A stretch of 64,000 nucleotides of DNA, taken from Cyanophyceae cyanobacterium (GTDB taxonomy: Bacteria > Cyanobacteriota > Cyanobacteriia > Cyanobacteriales > Laspinemataceae). The position numbers and the translations under genes were made by a program. Of the stretch, positions 45,334 through 55,026 are shown one piece after another (positions within the stretch are counted from its first letter, which is position 1; every line of letters begins with the position of its first letter). The stretch covers positions 32,001 through 96,000 of the forward strand of contig JBBQFN010000017.1 of the NCBI GenBank assembly GCA_038321985.1. Direction: 5' to 3'. The notes below the pieces were generated by a model, which had not been told where the DNA came from, searched no databases, and saw only the letters and a program-made list of their open reading frames with translations.

Positions 45334-45906
45334 ATGATTGCTAATCCAAACCAAAATTATATGAGTCCAGAGGAATACTTAGAATGGGAGGAAAAACAAC
45401 CCCTCAAACATGAATATATGAATGGCGAAATCCTTGCCATGACTGGGGAAACCATTGCTCATAATGAAATAGCTATTAATTTAACAATGGCACTCAAAAA
45501 TCACATTCGAGGAAAAGGATGTAAAGTCCTAATGGCCGATTCCAAACTAGGGGTTTCTGAATCTGGACCTTTCCACTATCCTGATGTCATGGTTACCTGC
45601 AATGAACAGGATAAACGCGCCAAAAATACGATTAACTTCCCTTGTTTAATTGTGGAGGTACTCTCACCAGGAACCGAGGGATTTGACCGAGGCCAAAAAT
45701 TCCAAAACTATCGGCAGATTTCCACCTTACGCGAGTATGTCCTGGTGAGTGCAAACCAAAAGATGGTGGAGTGTTTCCGATTGAATGAAAAAGAGTTATG
45801 GGAACTCTCCACTTATGGAGAAGGCGATGAGATAGAACTGGCAAGTATCGAATTTAGGTTTCCCCTAGACTTGATTTATGAAGAGGTTGTATTTGGCGAA
45901 AACTAA
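45334..45906 (+). CDS. Uma2 family (DUF820) endonuclease
   Basis: HEYMNGE, YPDVMVTC, LIVEVLSPGT, EYVLV. Confidence 0.92.
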   Translation: MIANPNQNYMSPEEYLEWEEKQPLKHEYMNGEILAMTGETIAHNEIAINLTMALKNHIRGKGCKVLMADSKLGVSESGPFHYPDVMVTCNEQDKRAKNTINFPCLIVEVLSPGTEGFDRGQKFQNYRQISTLREYVLVSANQKMVECFRLNEKELWELSTYGEGDEIELASIEFRFPLDLIYEEVVFGEN

Positions 45907-45919
45907 GCCGGGTCAACTT

Positions 45920-46245
45920 TAAATTTAAAAATAAAAGAGCATCCCTTGACCCCCCAGCATTTTGCGGAATTTGATCGCTGTTATGGGGATGATCCGGATG
46001 GGAATGGCAAGCGGGAAGATTTGCGAGGGGAAGGGCGGTTTCAGTGGTTTTCCCTAGCGGCAATCAAGGAACGAGGTTACAAACTAGATATAACTTGACT
46101 CAGGGATGAGAGTTTGGAGGATGTGGCACAGTTGCCGGAACCCCCAGACTTGGCGAGTGAGGTTATTACGGACTTAGAAGCAGTAGGTGATGATTTCAAG
46201 GATATTTTAGATTTGATCCAATTGGATGGAGAGGACGATTTCTAA
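45920..46245 (+). pseudogene. C-terminal remnant of a type I hsdM
   Basis: KEHPLTPQHFAEFDRCYG...GRFQWFS...IKERGYKLDIT*LRDESLED...LPEPPDLASEVITDLE; internal TGA at 46096-98 where W is expected. Confidence 0.75.
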
Positions 46246-46348
46246 ACCTTAGATTACTAGGGATAAATTCAACCCGTTTGATAAAATTTATATACAGTAG
46301 CGAGTTTTTTAAGTATAATCACAAAATATTTGAGAAATTTTTCTATAT

Positions 46349-46729
46349 ATGATTAATTTATCTAGTCTTGAAGCCAAAGCCTCTCAGGTGCGTTTTGCTG
46401 TGGCATCTATGGCACTGTTGGTGGCAGTGGCAGAAGAAAGCGATCGCATCCCACCCGTACCCGCTAGTGTTGCGGCAGAGTTTGGGCTAGAATTGCATCA
46501 GAAATTTGGCGGAGGCAAAAATATTGCCTTGGCAAAAGGGATCGCCTCGGGAAAAGCGATCGCTCACGAACAGATTCAAGCGATCGCTATGTTTTTTGAA
46601 ACCTTTGAGCCGGATCGGGAGGATCCAGGTTGGCAGAATAATGAAAATCCGTCACGGGGTTGGATTTGCTGGCTGCTTATGGGTACCGATTGGCGGTGGG
46701 CGACAAATTACATGAAGGTGTATTTATGA
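46349..46729 (+). CDS. Hypothetical protein, translationally coupled to hsdR
   Basis: 126-aa ORF whose TGA overlaps the hsdR ATG (ATGA 46726-29). Confidence 0.65.
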   Translation: MINLSSLEAKASQVRFAVASMALLVAVAEESDRIPPVPASVAAEFGLELHQKFGGGKNIALAKGIASGKAIAHEQIQAIAMFFETFEPDREDPGWQNNENPSRGWICWLLMGTDWRWATNYMKVYL

Positions 46730-49056
46730 ACAAAACAATTATTAATGAAGACGAAGCCGAGATTCTAATCGAGGAGCATTTACGCGATCGCGGTTGGAAA
46801 ATTACGGATTTTGAAACGACTCGCAAGCGTTGGCGCAAACACCTCGATGGGGAAGAAGCCGATCGCGTTTTTCTTTATGAAGGTAAGATTGTTGCTATTC
46901 TTGAAGCGAAAAAGCCCGGAAAAGATTTATGGGCTGCTCTGGATCAAGCGAAAGGATATGCTCGGACTTATAAAAAAAATACAGGTTGTGACGTTCCTTT
47001 AGTATTTGCCAGTGATGGGAAAATTTACCTCCGCCAAAACTTAAAAGCCAATACTTTACCTGAAAAAATTATAAACTTTCCTACTCCAACAGAGTTTGGA
47101 GAAATTTTTAACCCACAGGTAATAGAATTACATGGAACTTTACGCGACTATCAGCGAGTGGCTGTTTCTCAAGTTTTGGGTGCAACTCAGGCGGGTAGAC
47201 GGCGGATGTATTTGCAAATGGCGACGGGAACAGGTAAAACGATTACGGCGGCGGGAGTTATTGCTAAACTCTGGTCTGTGGGGCTTTGTCGTCGGGCTTT
47301 ATTTTTAGTAGATCGAGATTCTTTAGCCGTGCAAACCGTTAAAAAGTTTCGGACTTATTTAGGAGATAATTTTAACGTTGAAAGAGCATTAGGCGATAAA
47401 GAAGATAAACATAGAGACATTCTGGTTAGCACGGTTCAACATTTAGCCAGTCGAAATAAATATCAAAATTACGATCTAGACCATTTTAATTTAGTGATTT
47501 TGGATGAATGCCATCGCTCTTATTTTGGCGATTGGTATGGCGTTTTAGAACATTTCTTTAATGGCGGTGCAGTTTTATTAGGATTAACTGCCACTCCTGC
47601 TGCTAAGGAAACGATTAACACAGACCGATTTTTTACTGATGCGGGGCAGTATCAAGGGCCGATTTATCGCTACACCATTCGGCAGGGAGAAAATAACCCA
47701 GATGTTCCTGACTGGGAACGGTTAGCCAGATGTATTCACCATAAATTTCATACCAACGTGGACTTAGAAGGGGTTCACGATATGGGGTTTGATTTTGAGC
47801 CGGATCAGTTGGGTAAGGCGGTAGATGTACCCCAGCGAAATGAAATGATTGCTGAGAAATATTTTGAGGATATTCTCGGCACAAAAGAGCCTGTAAAAAC
47901 GATGGTTTTTGCGGCTTCTATTGCTCATGCTAAAAATCTTCGCTATGCCTTGATTGAAGAATACAATCGCCGTAATAAATTACCGCTCACCGATGCTTCA
48001 GCAGAAAAGTTTATTGTAACAGTTCACAGTCAAATGGCGGGGTCTAGGGAATTAATAGAAGAGTTCCAAAAGGTCACGGATGCGGCAGAACGAAAAGCGA
48101 TTATTCGGCAAGCGCACAAAGACCCGGATATGAAACCTCAACCGATTATTTTGATTGGGGTGGGAATGTTGGATACTGGCATTGATGCGCCTGATGTGGA
48201 AGTTTTATTAATGGCCCGACCCACTAAATCTAAGGTGCTTTATGTGCAGATGAAGGGGCGGGGAACTCGCAAATGTCAAGAGACAGGTAAGGAGTTTTAT
48301 AAGTTAGTTGATTTTGTAGATATTACTAGCCTTGAACCTGTAATTACTAACGATACAACAGGCGTAGAAGATGAGCCAGTAGAGCAGGAAGAAGCGGAAA
48401 TCATTAAGGGCGATCGCTCTCAGGGTAGCGAGGGTACGGGTAAAAAGCCTAAAGAAGAAAGCGGCATTCAGCAAGAAATGGTGATTGCTGATGTTCCCGT
48501 TCATCTAGTGTTTTCTGAAACGATTTCACCTGTAGTTTTAGACGAATTGCGGCGACAGGTAGAAGCCCAATTAAAAGGCGGTTTAGAACGGGAATCTTTA
48601 AAACAGCGTTTTGCTCAAACTATTCTTTGTTGGCAGTATTTTAAAGGGAAGACAACACCAGAACGGGCATTTTTAGCGACGATGGGGTTCGATCTCCCTG
48701 AGTTGCGGGACTTGTACGGGGAACCCGAGGCGATGCTAGAGGATTTTATTGCAGTTGCAACAGGGGAGGCGGATTTTGAAACTTTGCACCAGCATCGAGA
48801 TTTTGAAGATTGGGCGCTGGAAAAGGGGTTAAATAGAGAACAGCGGGAAATGGTGCTGATGGTGTCTGACTTCAAACGCGCTAACCCTGAAATTACCCCC
48901 CGGCAAGTTCTTAAAAGTCAGTGGCTTTTTCAAATCGGTGGTATGCTGACCATTAAGAATTTATTTGGCAGTTTAGAGCGGTTGATTATTTTAGCTGATG
49001 AAGCATTAACCTTGTCAGTGGGTGCATCTATAGAGGAGGAAGGGGAAAATGGCTAG
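46726..49056 (+). CDS. hsdR: Type I restriction endonuclease subunit R (EcoEI/EcoAI-like)
   Basis: AD...LEAKK nuclease motif, QAKGY, MATGTGKT, LDECHRS, GLTATP, LDTGIDAP, QMKGRGTR. Confidence 0.9.
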   Translation: MNKTIINEDEAEILIEEHLRDRGWKITDFETTRKRWRKHLDGEEADRVFLYEGKIVAILEAKKPGKDLWAALDQAKGYARTYKKNTGCDVPLVFASDGKIYLRQNLKANTLPEKIINFPTPTEFGEIFNPQVIELHGTLRDYQRVAVSQVLGATQAGRRRMYLQMATGTGKTITAAGVIAKLWSVGLCRRALFLVDRDSLAVQTVKKFRTYLGDNFNVERALGDKEDKHRDILVSTVQHLASRNKYQNYDLDHFNLVILDECHRSYFGDWYGVLEHFFNGGAVLLGLTATPAAKETINTDRFFTDAGQYQGPIYRYTIRQGENNPDVPDWERLARCIHHKFHTNVDLEGVHDMGFDFEPDQLGKAVDVPQRNEMIAEKYFEDILGTKEPVKTMVFAASIAHAKNLRYALIEEYNRRNKLPLTDASAEKFIVTVHSQMAGSRELIEEFQKVTDAAERKAIIRQAHKDPDMKPQPIILIGVGMLDTGIDAPDVEVLLMARPTKSKVLYVQMKGRGTRKCQETGKEFYKLVDFVDITSLEPVITNDTTGVEDEPVEQEEAEIIKGDRSQGSEGTGKKPKEESGIQQEMVIADVPVHLVFSETISPVVLDELRRQVEAQLKGGLERESLKQRFAQTILCWQYFKGKTTPERAFLATMGFDLPELRDLYGEPEAMLEDFIAVATGEADFETLHQHRDFEDWALEKGLNREQREMVLMVSDFKRANPEITPRQVLKSQWLFQIGGMLTIKNLFGSLERLIILADEALTLSVGASIEEEGENG

Positions 49057-50713
49057 AGAACCTAAACATGGCGATAGAGGGGAAAATTGGATACCGCCAG
49101 ATTTTAATCAATTTGGTGATGAACTTTGGGAAGTTGCCAATATTCTGCGCGATGATGCGGTTCACTCCGTTGATAGATTGGAAATTTTTAGTCTATTTCT
49201 GTTTCTGAAACTTTGGGATGAGATTGAATTAGAAAATGAGGAAGAACTGGGAACTTTGCCAGCGGATGAGCAACTCATTCCAGATATTTATCGCTTTCAT
49301 AAGTGGGCAAGCGATCCAGATACTTATGCTAAAAATTGCGAATTTTATGATGCAAATGGTAAAGTTCAAAAATTTGATGATTCCATTGCATTCTGCCGTC
49401 AAATGTTCGAGAATTTAGCGAATAGAACCTCTAAACATCCGGTTAATAGAGATATTAAACGATTATTTAAAGATACGGTTTTCCCTTTGCGTCATACCAC
49501 AACAGTCCGGGGTTTGGCTTCTAAATTGGCCGAGTTGAATTTACGCGAAATTATGGCGCGGGGCATGGCTCCAGGTTCGGAACGGTTCGATATTTTAGGG
49601 CGGACTTATGAATATTTGTTGCAACGGTTTTCGCAGAATAAAGAATTTGCAGAATATTTTACCCCTCGTCATGTTGTAGATAAAATTATTGCCATTCTTG
49701 AGCCGCAAATTGGTGAAACAATTTACGATCCGGCTTGTGGAACGGGTGGGTTTATTGTCCGGGCGTTTGAATATGTCCGTAATTTGATTAATCAAAAGAA
49801 AGTATCGGCTGATAAAAAGGAAAATTTAATCCGCGACTTGAAAACCAAGCAACTGCACGGGACTGAATTTATCCCTTTGGTGTTTAAGTTGGCGCTGATG
49901 AATATGATTTTGCACCAAGATGGTTCGAGTCAGTTGCGCTGCGATGATAGTCTTTCGAGTAAAGCCCAGGATATCGAAAAGGATAAATATGATGTGATTC
50001 CCGCTAATCCACCTTTTGGCCCTACGAAACAGGAACGGTTGGGAAGTTTTGAATATCACATCAAAATGTATGAAGCGCTGTTTATTCAGCATATTATGAA
50101 TGCCTTAAAACCGGGAGGACGGGCGGCAGTAGTTCTCAAGGAAGGGCTGTTATTTGATTCTAAGGGTCAATTGCGGAAGATTTGCCGCAAGTTGGTCGAA
50201 CAGTTTGAGGTTTTGGCGGTGATTAGTTTGCCCAATGGTGTTTTTAATCCCTACAGTGGGGCAAAAACGAGTGTGGTGGTGTTTCGCCGTCCCTTGGGGC
50301 GTGATGATGTTCGCACGTCTCAGATATGGTTTTATCGGGTAGAAAGTGATGGGCGAGATTTGGGGGCGACGCGCAGGCGATTAGCTGATTTTGATACGGA
50401 TGGGGATTTAGAAGATATGGTATCTCTGTTTCCTTATCGCTGGCAGCATCAAAGTCAGGGCGGGGTTAAGGCGATTTTGAAGTCTGATAACTTGGCAGAT
50501 TTTGAGGGTAAAAAATCTTGGTGGGCAACCCTTGAGGAGATTAGAAAAACCGATTATAACCTGACGGTTGGGCGTTATTGTCCCCATCAAGCGGAAGCGG
50601 TGGAGCATGAAAAGCCTGCGGTTTTGATTAATCGTTTGTTGGATTTGGGAGAAGAAATACAGGCAGATTTACGGCAACTCTTGGCGATGATTAGCAACGA
50701 TGAAGCGGCTTAA
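49049..50713 (+). CDS. hsdM: Type I N6-adenine methyltransferase subunit M
   Basis: EYFTPRHVV, YDPACGTGGF, NPPF, LPNGVFNPYSG. Confidence 0.93.
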   Translation: MAREPKHGDRGENWIPPDFNQFGDELWEVANILRDDAVHSVDRLEIFSLFLFLKLWDEIELENEEELGTLPADEQLIPDIYRFHKWASDPDTYAKNCEFYDANGKVQKFDDSIAFCRQMFENLANRTSKHPVNRDIKRLFKDTVFPLRHTTTVRGLASKLAELNLREIMARGMAPGSERFDILGRTYEYLLQRFSQNKEFAEYFTPRHVVDKIIAILEPQIGETIYDPACGTGGFIVRAFEYVRNLINQKKVSADKKENLIRDLKTKQLHGTEFIPLVFKLALMNMILHQDGSSQLRCDDSLSSKAQDIEKDKYDVIPANPPFGPTKQERLGSFEYHIKMYEALFIQHIMNALKPGGRAAVVLKEGLLFDSKGQLRKICRKLVEQFEVLAVISLPNGVFNPYSGAKTSVVVFRRPLGRDDVRTSQIWFYRVESDGRDLGATRRRLADFDTDGDLEDMVSLFPYRWQHQSQGGVKAILKSDNLADFEGKKSWWATLEEIRKTDYNLTVGRYCPHQAEAVEHEKPAVLINRLLDLGEEIQADLRQLLAMISNDEAA

Positions 50714-50724
50714 AGGGAGGATAA

Positions 50725-50982
50725 ATGATGCAAATTATTAAGTTTAAAACTCGGGTTGATGCCGAAGGAAAAGTGATTTTACAAGTTCCTCAAGGTTTGG
50801 CGAATCAAGAGTTGGAAATTGCGATTGTCTATCAGCTTGTTTCTCCAAACCCTCCCACCCAAACCCCCGAAGAATTGGGCTGGCCTTCCGGTTTTTTTGA
50901 ACAAACCGCAGGTTGTTTAGCCCAGGAGCCGTTGGTGAGATATCCCCAAGGTGAATATGAGACGAGGGAGCCAATCGAGTGA
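50725..50982 (+). CDS. Putative antitoxin (VapB/AbrB-like)
   Basis: 85 aa with beta-rich N-terminus (KTRVDAEGKVILQVP); GTGA overlap with the PIN toxin gene. Confidence 0.7.
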   Translation: MMQIIKFKTRVDAEGKVILQVPQGLANQELEIAIVYQLVSPNPPTQTPEELGWPSGFFEQTAGCLAQEPLVRYPQGEYETREPIE

Positions 50983-51380
50983 TTTATTTGTTGGATACCA
51001 ATGTCTGTATTATTTACTTGAACCGTCGAAATTCTGGGGTGCAGCAACATTTAGAACGGTTATCTCCGGGTGATGTTGCCCTTTGTTCTGTGGTCAAGGC
51101 TGAATTGTTTTATGGGGCGATGAGAACCTTAAACCCGACTCGGACACTAGAACTACAGGAAGCATTTTTAAGTCAATTTGTTTCTTTACCTTTTGATGAT
51201 GCAGCCGCTTATATTTTTGGAAGAATTCGCGCTCAATTAGCCGCTTTGGGTACGCCTATCGGCCCTTATGATTTGCAAATTGCGGCGATCACTTTGGCGA
51301 ATCATTTGGTTTTGGTGACTCATAATGTGAGTGAGTTTGGCCGGGTGGAAGGGTTACAAATAGAGGACTGGGAAGTATAG
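50979..51380 (+). CDS. vapC: VapC PIN-domain toxin
   Basis: YLLDTNVCI, VKAELFYG, IGPYDLQIAA, LVTHNVSEF. Confidence 0.93.
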   Translation: MIYLLDTNVCIIYLNRRNSGVQQHLERLSPGDVALCSVVKAELFYGAMRTLNPTRTLELQEAFLSQFVSLPFDDAAAYIFGRIRAQLAALGTPIGPYDLQIAAITLANHLVLVTHNVSEFGRVEGLQIEDWEV

Positions 51381-51393
51381 GAGGCAAGGAGTT

Positions 51394-53136
51394 ATGAGTC
51401 GGGGTGAGAAGGAATTACCGAAAGGGTGGAAGTGGATAAGTTTAAGTGAGTGTGCTAATCCTATTCGTGGGATTTCTTTTAAAGGTGGCACAGCACAAAA
51501 AGAAGCATTTGAAAATTCCATACCATGTCTGCGCACTAGCAACATTCAAAATCAACTAGATTTATCAGATTTAAAATTTATTCCCAAGAAACTAATTCCA
51601 AATGTCGATAGATTGGTTTCTGTAGGCGATACATTGGTTTCACTTTCAAACAGCAAAGACCTAGTAGGTAAAGTCTGTTTTGTTAATCTGCTTCCAGAGC
51701 CAATGACTTTAGGAACATTTATTTTGGCTTTAAGACCTAACAAAACTGCTATTATAGCTGAATACTTATTTTACTATCTTGCTTCTTTCCACGTTCAAAG
51801 CAAATTAAGAGCATTAGCTAGGCAAACAACAAATATTGCAAATCTCAGCGTTAATGATTTACTAAATATATTAATTCCTATTCCCCCCTTACCAGTACAA
51901 GAGCAAATTGTCCAGATACTTCAGAAGGCTGATGAGATTCGGCGCAAGCGTCAGGAGGCAGTTGCGATCGCTGATGCAACCATATTGTCTATTTTCAATG
52001 AAATGTTTAATGGCAAAGATTGGTTAGTTGATGAGTTAGGTAATCATTTAAAAGAAACCCGATATGGAACATCACAAAAACTTAGCGTAATTCCCCAAGG
52101 ATATCCAGTCTTACGCATTCCCAATGTAATTGGAGGAGAAATTAATACAGAAAACATGAAATATCTTGCTGAAATCAAACCAGATGAACGTAATAAACTT
52201 ATCCTTAAAAAAGGAGCTATTCTTTTAGTCCGGACAAATGGTAATCGTGATTATGTTGGTAGGTGTGCAGTTTTTGATTTACCAGAAGATTACTTATTTG
52301 CATCCTATCTAATCCGCCTTCGTACTCAAGACACTATTGATCCTTACTTTCTGGTATTTTATTTAAATACGGCAAATGGTCGGAGAGAAATTGACCTAAA
52401 AACGAGAACCTCAGCCGGTCAATATAATATTAACACAGAGAATATTCGCTCAATAAAAATTTATATTCCTCCCATTAAAACCCAAAGACGTTTTCTTACT
52501 CTATTGCAACAATGGAAGGTAAATAAATCAAAACTTGTCTCTAGTTTAGAAGAAAGTGCTAATACTTTTAATGCACTGCTCTCTCAGGCGTTCACAGGTG
52601 AACTCACTGCCGAATGGGAAGCCACCAACGCCGAACAAATAGCCACCAAACAGAAATTCTACCAACGCTTACCCCAACTCGTTATCCTGTCTTTCCTCAA
52701 CAAAAAAATCAGCCACATTCAACGGCAAAAAGCCGATACAGCCGTCCTCGTCACTGCCTTAATGAAGTACATTTTTCTCTTCCAAATGGAAGGCGCAGCA
52801 AAGCGCAGACTTTACCAATTTATTCCCTACCATTATGGCCCCTTTGCCAAAGAACTCTATACCGACTTAGAAACACTCCAAGAGCAAGGTTTAATTACCG
52901 TAGATGACAGCGACGAAGACAAAACTCGCATTTCCCTGCTCAATTCTAAAGAAGTTGAGGCAGAATTGGCAGAACTTCCCGACGACTTGCAAGTAGATAT
53001 TCAGGCAATTATTGATAGTTATGGGGATTTAGATTTAACTTCCCTTCTGGAGACGGTTTATGAGAAATATCCCGCTTATGCAAAGAAAAGTAAACTGAAG
53101 CAGCGAAAAACTAAGGCAAAAAAAGAGGAAAATTAA
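51394..53136 (+). CDS. hsdS: Type I specificity subunit S with a ~150-aa C-terminal Panacea/SocA-like extension
   Basis: ELPKGWKW, two TRDs with IPIPPLPVQEQIV and IYIPPIKTQ, LLSQAFTGEL; then TALMKYIFLFQ...YQFIPYHYGPFAKELYTDLETL...LLETVYEKYP. Confidence 0.88.
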   Translation: MSRGEKELPKGWKWISLSECANPIRGISFKGGTAQKEAFENSIPCLRTSNIQNQLDLSDLKFIPKKLIPNVDRLVSVGDTLVSLSNSKDLVGKVCFVNLLPEPMTLGTFILALRPNKTAIIAEYLFYYLASFHVQSKLRALARQTTNIANLSVNDLLNILIPIPPLPVQEQIVQILQKADEIRRKRQEAVAIADATILSIFNEMFNGKDWLVDELGNHLKETRYGTSQKLSVIPQGYPVLRIPNVIGGEINTENMKYLAEIKPDERNKLILKKGAILLVRTNGNRDYVGRCAVFDLPEDYLFASYLIRLRTQDTIDPYFLVFYLNTANGRREIDLKTRTSAGQYNINTENIRSIKIYIPPIKTQRRFLTLLQQWKVNKSKLVSSLEESANTFNALLSQAFTGELTAEWEATNAEQIATKQKFYQRLPQLVILSFLNKKISHIQRQKADTAVLVTALMKYIFLFQMEGAAKRRLYQFIPYHYGPFAKELYTDLETLQEQGLITVDDSDEDKTRISLLNSKEVEAELAELPDDLQVDIQAIIDSYGDLDLTSLLETVYEKYPAYAKKSKLKQRKTKAKKEEN

Positions 53137-55026
53137 ATGGATTTAAAAACATTACTTGAGCGAATAGACCTTGGGGAAGACGAAGATATTGAATTCAAAT
53201 CTGCTGACGGTGGTTGTCCCAAGGAAGTTTGGAAAACTGTCTCAGCTTTTGCCAATACAGATGGCGGCTATATTGTTTTAGGTGTCACGGAAAATCGAAA
53301 TAAATTCGAGATTACAGGTGTCCGCAATCCAAGTATTTTAATTAAAGAGTTTTGGAATAATCATAATAATCAGCAAAAACTGAGTTTTTCAATTTGCGAA
53401 AACTTTAACGTGCAAGATTTGGAGATAGAAGGTCATCATTTAGTTATTATTAAAGTCCCTAGAGCAACCAGAACACAACGCCCGGTTTATATTAATAACA
53501 ATCCCATGACGGGAACCTATAAACGCAACCATGAGGGGGATTATCTTTGCACTGATGACGAAGTTCGTCAAATGCTACGCGATGCCAGTAATGACCCCCA
53601 AGATATCCAAATTTTAGATAAATTTGACCTGGGAGACCTCGATCCAGAAACTTTAAAATCTTTTCGTCAACGCTTTAGCTCTAGGGAACCGGATCATCCT
53701 TGGTTAGCATTAGACGATCGCAACTTATTGATTCAATTAGGTGGATGGAGGCGCAATAGAAACACCCAGGAAGAAGGGTTAACTATCGCTGGTTTACTGA
53801 TGTTCGGGAGGGGAAATAGTATTTTAGAGAAACTTCCTCGCTATCAACTTGACTATCAAGAACGGCTGTCTACATACCCCGATGTTCGTTGGACATATAG
53901 GCTGACACTTGATGGTAAATGGGAGCCTAATCTTTTTAATTTTTATTATCGGGTCTATAGTCGTTTAGTAAATGATTTAGATGTCCCCTTTAAATTAGAT
54001 AAAGATGCTGTAAGAAGGGGAGAGACTCATGTCCATGAAGCAGTTAGAGAGGCTCTGGTCAACACTTTGATTCATGCTGATTATTCATCTCCTCGTCCTA
54101 TTATAGTAACCAAGTTTACTAATTTATTTTTATTCCATAATCCAGGTCGATTAAGGATTTCTATTATGCAAGTTTATGATGGAGGTATCAGCGATCCGCG
54201 CAATCCTAAACTGCAAACAATGTTTCAAATGCTTGGTTTAGGAGAAAAAGCCGGATCGGGTTTTAAAAAGATTCTACGAGCCTGGAAAGAACAACAATGG
54301 TTTAAGCCCTTAGTGTCAGAAAAATTTGATTTAGAGATGACATCAGTTGCTCTGCCGATGCTTAGTTTAATTCCGGGGAATGTCGAGCAAGAACTAAAAG
54401 AAATAGTGGGAGATAACTACTGCGAACTAACAGAATTAGATCGAATTATTTTGGTACTAGCGCATCAGTTTGAAAAAATTAGTAATAGTGATATTCAGTG
54501 TTACAGACAGGAACACCCTAGAGATATAGGAGAGTGCCTAAAGCAGTTGGTCAATAAAGGCTGGTTGGAGCAATCAGGACGTGGACGTGGAACCCCGTAC
54601 GCTCTACCCAATAAAGGTCAACCGGATTTGCTTTCACTGCCTCTAAGCTCTGAATATTATGAGTCTAGCTCCGTGCATAATGAGTCTAGCTCCGTGCATA
54701 ATGAGTCTGGCTCCGTGCATAAGGATGAAAATCTAGTTTTACTAGAAATAGCAGCCCCTGTTCGAGAAAAGCAACGGGTAAGTCCTGGGTTGATGAGAGA
54801 GACTATTTTAAAACTGTGTTCTGAAAGGTATTTAACTGTAAAAAGATTGGCTGAATTATTAAAGCGCAGTCCTGAAACCATTAGGAGTCATTACATTAAT
54901 CCAATGTGGTCAGAAAAATTGCTGGAACTCAAATACCCTGACGAACCCACTCATCCGCAGCAAGCATACAGAACCTTATTCCCTCAAAAAATCAGCCAGG
55001 TTTCTGCTCCTTCATCATCTTCCTAA
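53137..55026 (+). CDS. Schlafen/AlbA_2 domain plus RecG-C-like (HATPase_c_4) and wHTH protein
   Basis: GEDEDIEFKSA, VSAFANTDGGYIVLGV; REALVNTLIHADY, NPG, RNPKL, GEKAGSG; C-terminal YPDEPTHPQQAY. Confidence 0.85.
   Translation: MDLKTLLERIDLGEDEDIEFKSADGGCPKEVWKTVSAFANTDGGYIVLGVTENRNKFEITGVRNPSILIKEFWNNHNNQQKLSFSICENFNVQDLEIEGHHLVIIKVPRATRTQRPVYINNNPMTGTYKRNHEGDYLCTDDEVRQMLRDASNDPQDIQILDKFDLGDLDPETLKSFRQRFSSREPDHPWLALDDRNLLIQLGGWRRNRNTQEEGLTIAGLLMFGRGNSILEKLPRYQLDYQERLSTYPDVRWTYRLTLDGKWEPNLFNFYYRVYSRLVNDLDVPFKLDKDAVRRGETHVHEAVREALVNTLIHADYSSPRPIIVTKFTNLFLFHNPGRLRISIMQVYDGGISDPRNPKLQTMFQMLGLGEKAGSGFKKILRAWKEQQWFKPLVSEKFDLEMTSVALPMLSLIPGNVEQELKEIVGDNYCELTELDRIILVLAHQFEKISNSDIQCYRQEHPRDIGECLKQLVNKGWLEQSGRGRGTPYALPNKGQPDLLSLPLSSEYYESSSVHNESSSVHNESGSVHKDENLVLLEIAAPVREKQRVSPGLMRETILKLCSERYLTVKRLAELLKRSPETIRSHYINPMWSEKLLELKYPDEPTHPQQAYRTLFPQKISQVSAPSSSS
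54659..54721 (+). repeat. In-frame 21-nt tandem repeat x3
   Basis: atgagtctagctccgtgcata x3 (one mismatch), encoding ESSSVHN units. Confidence 0.9.
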
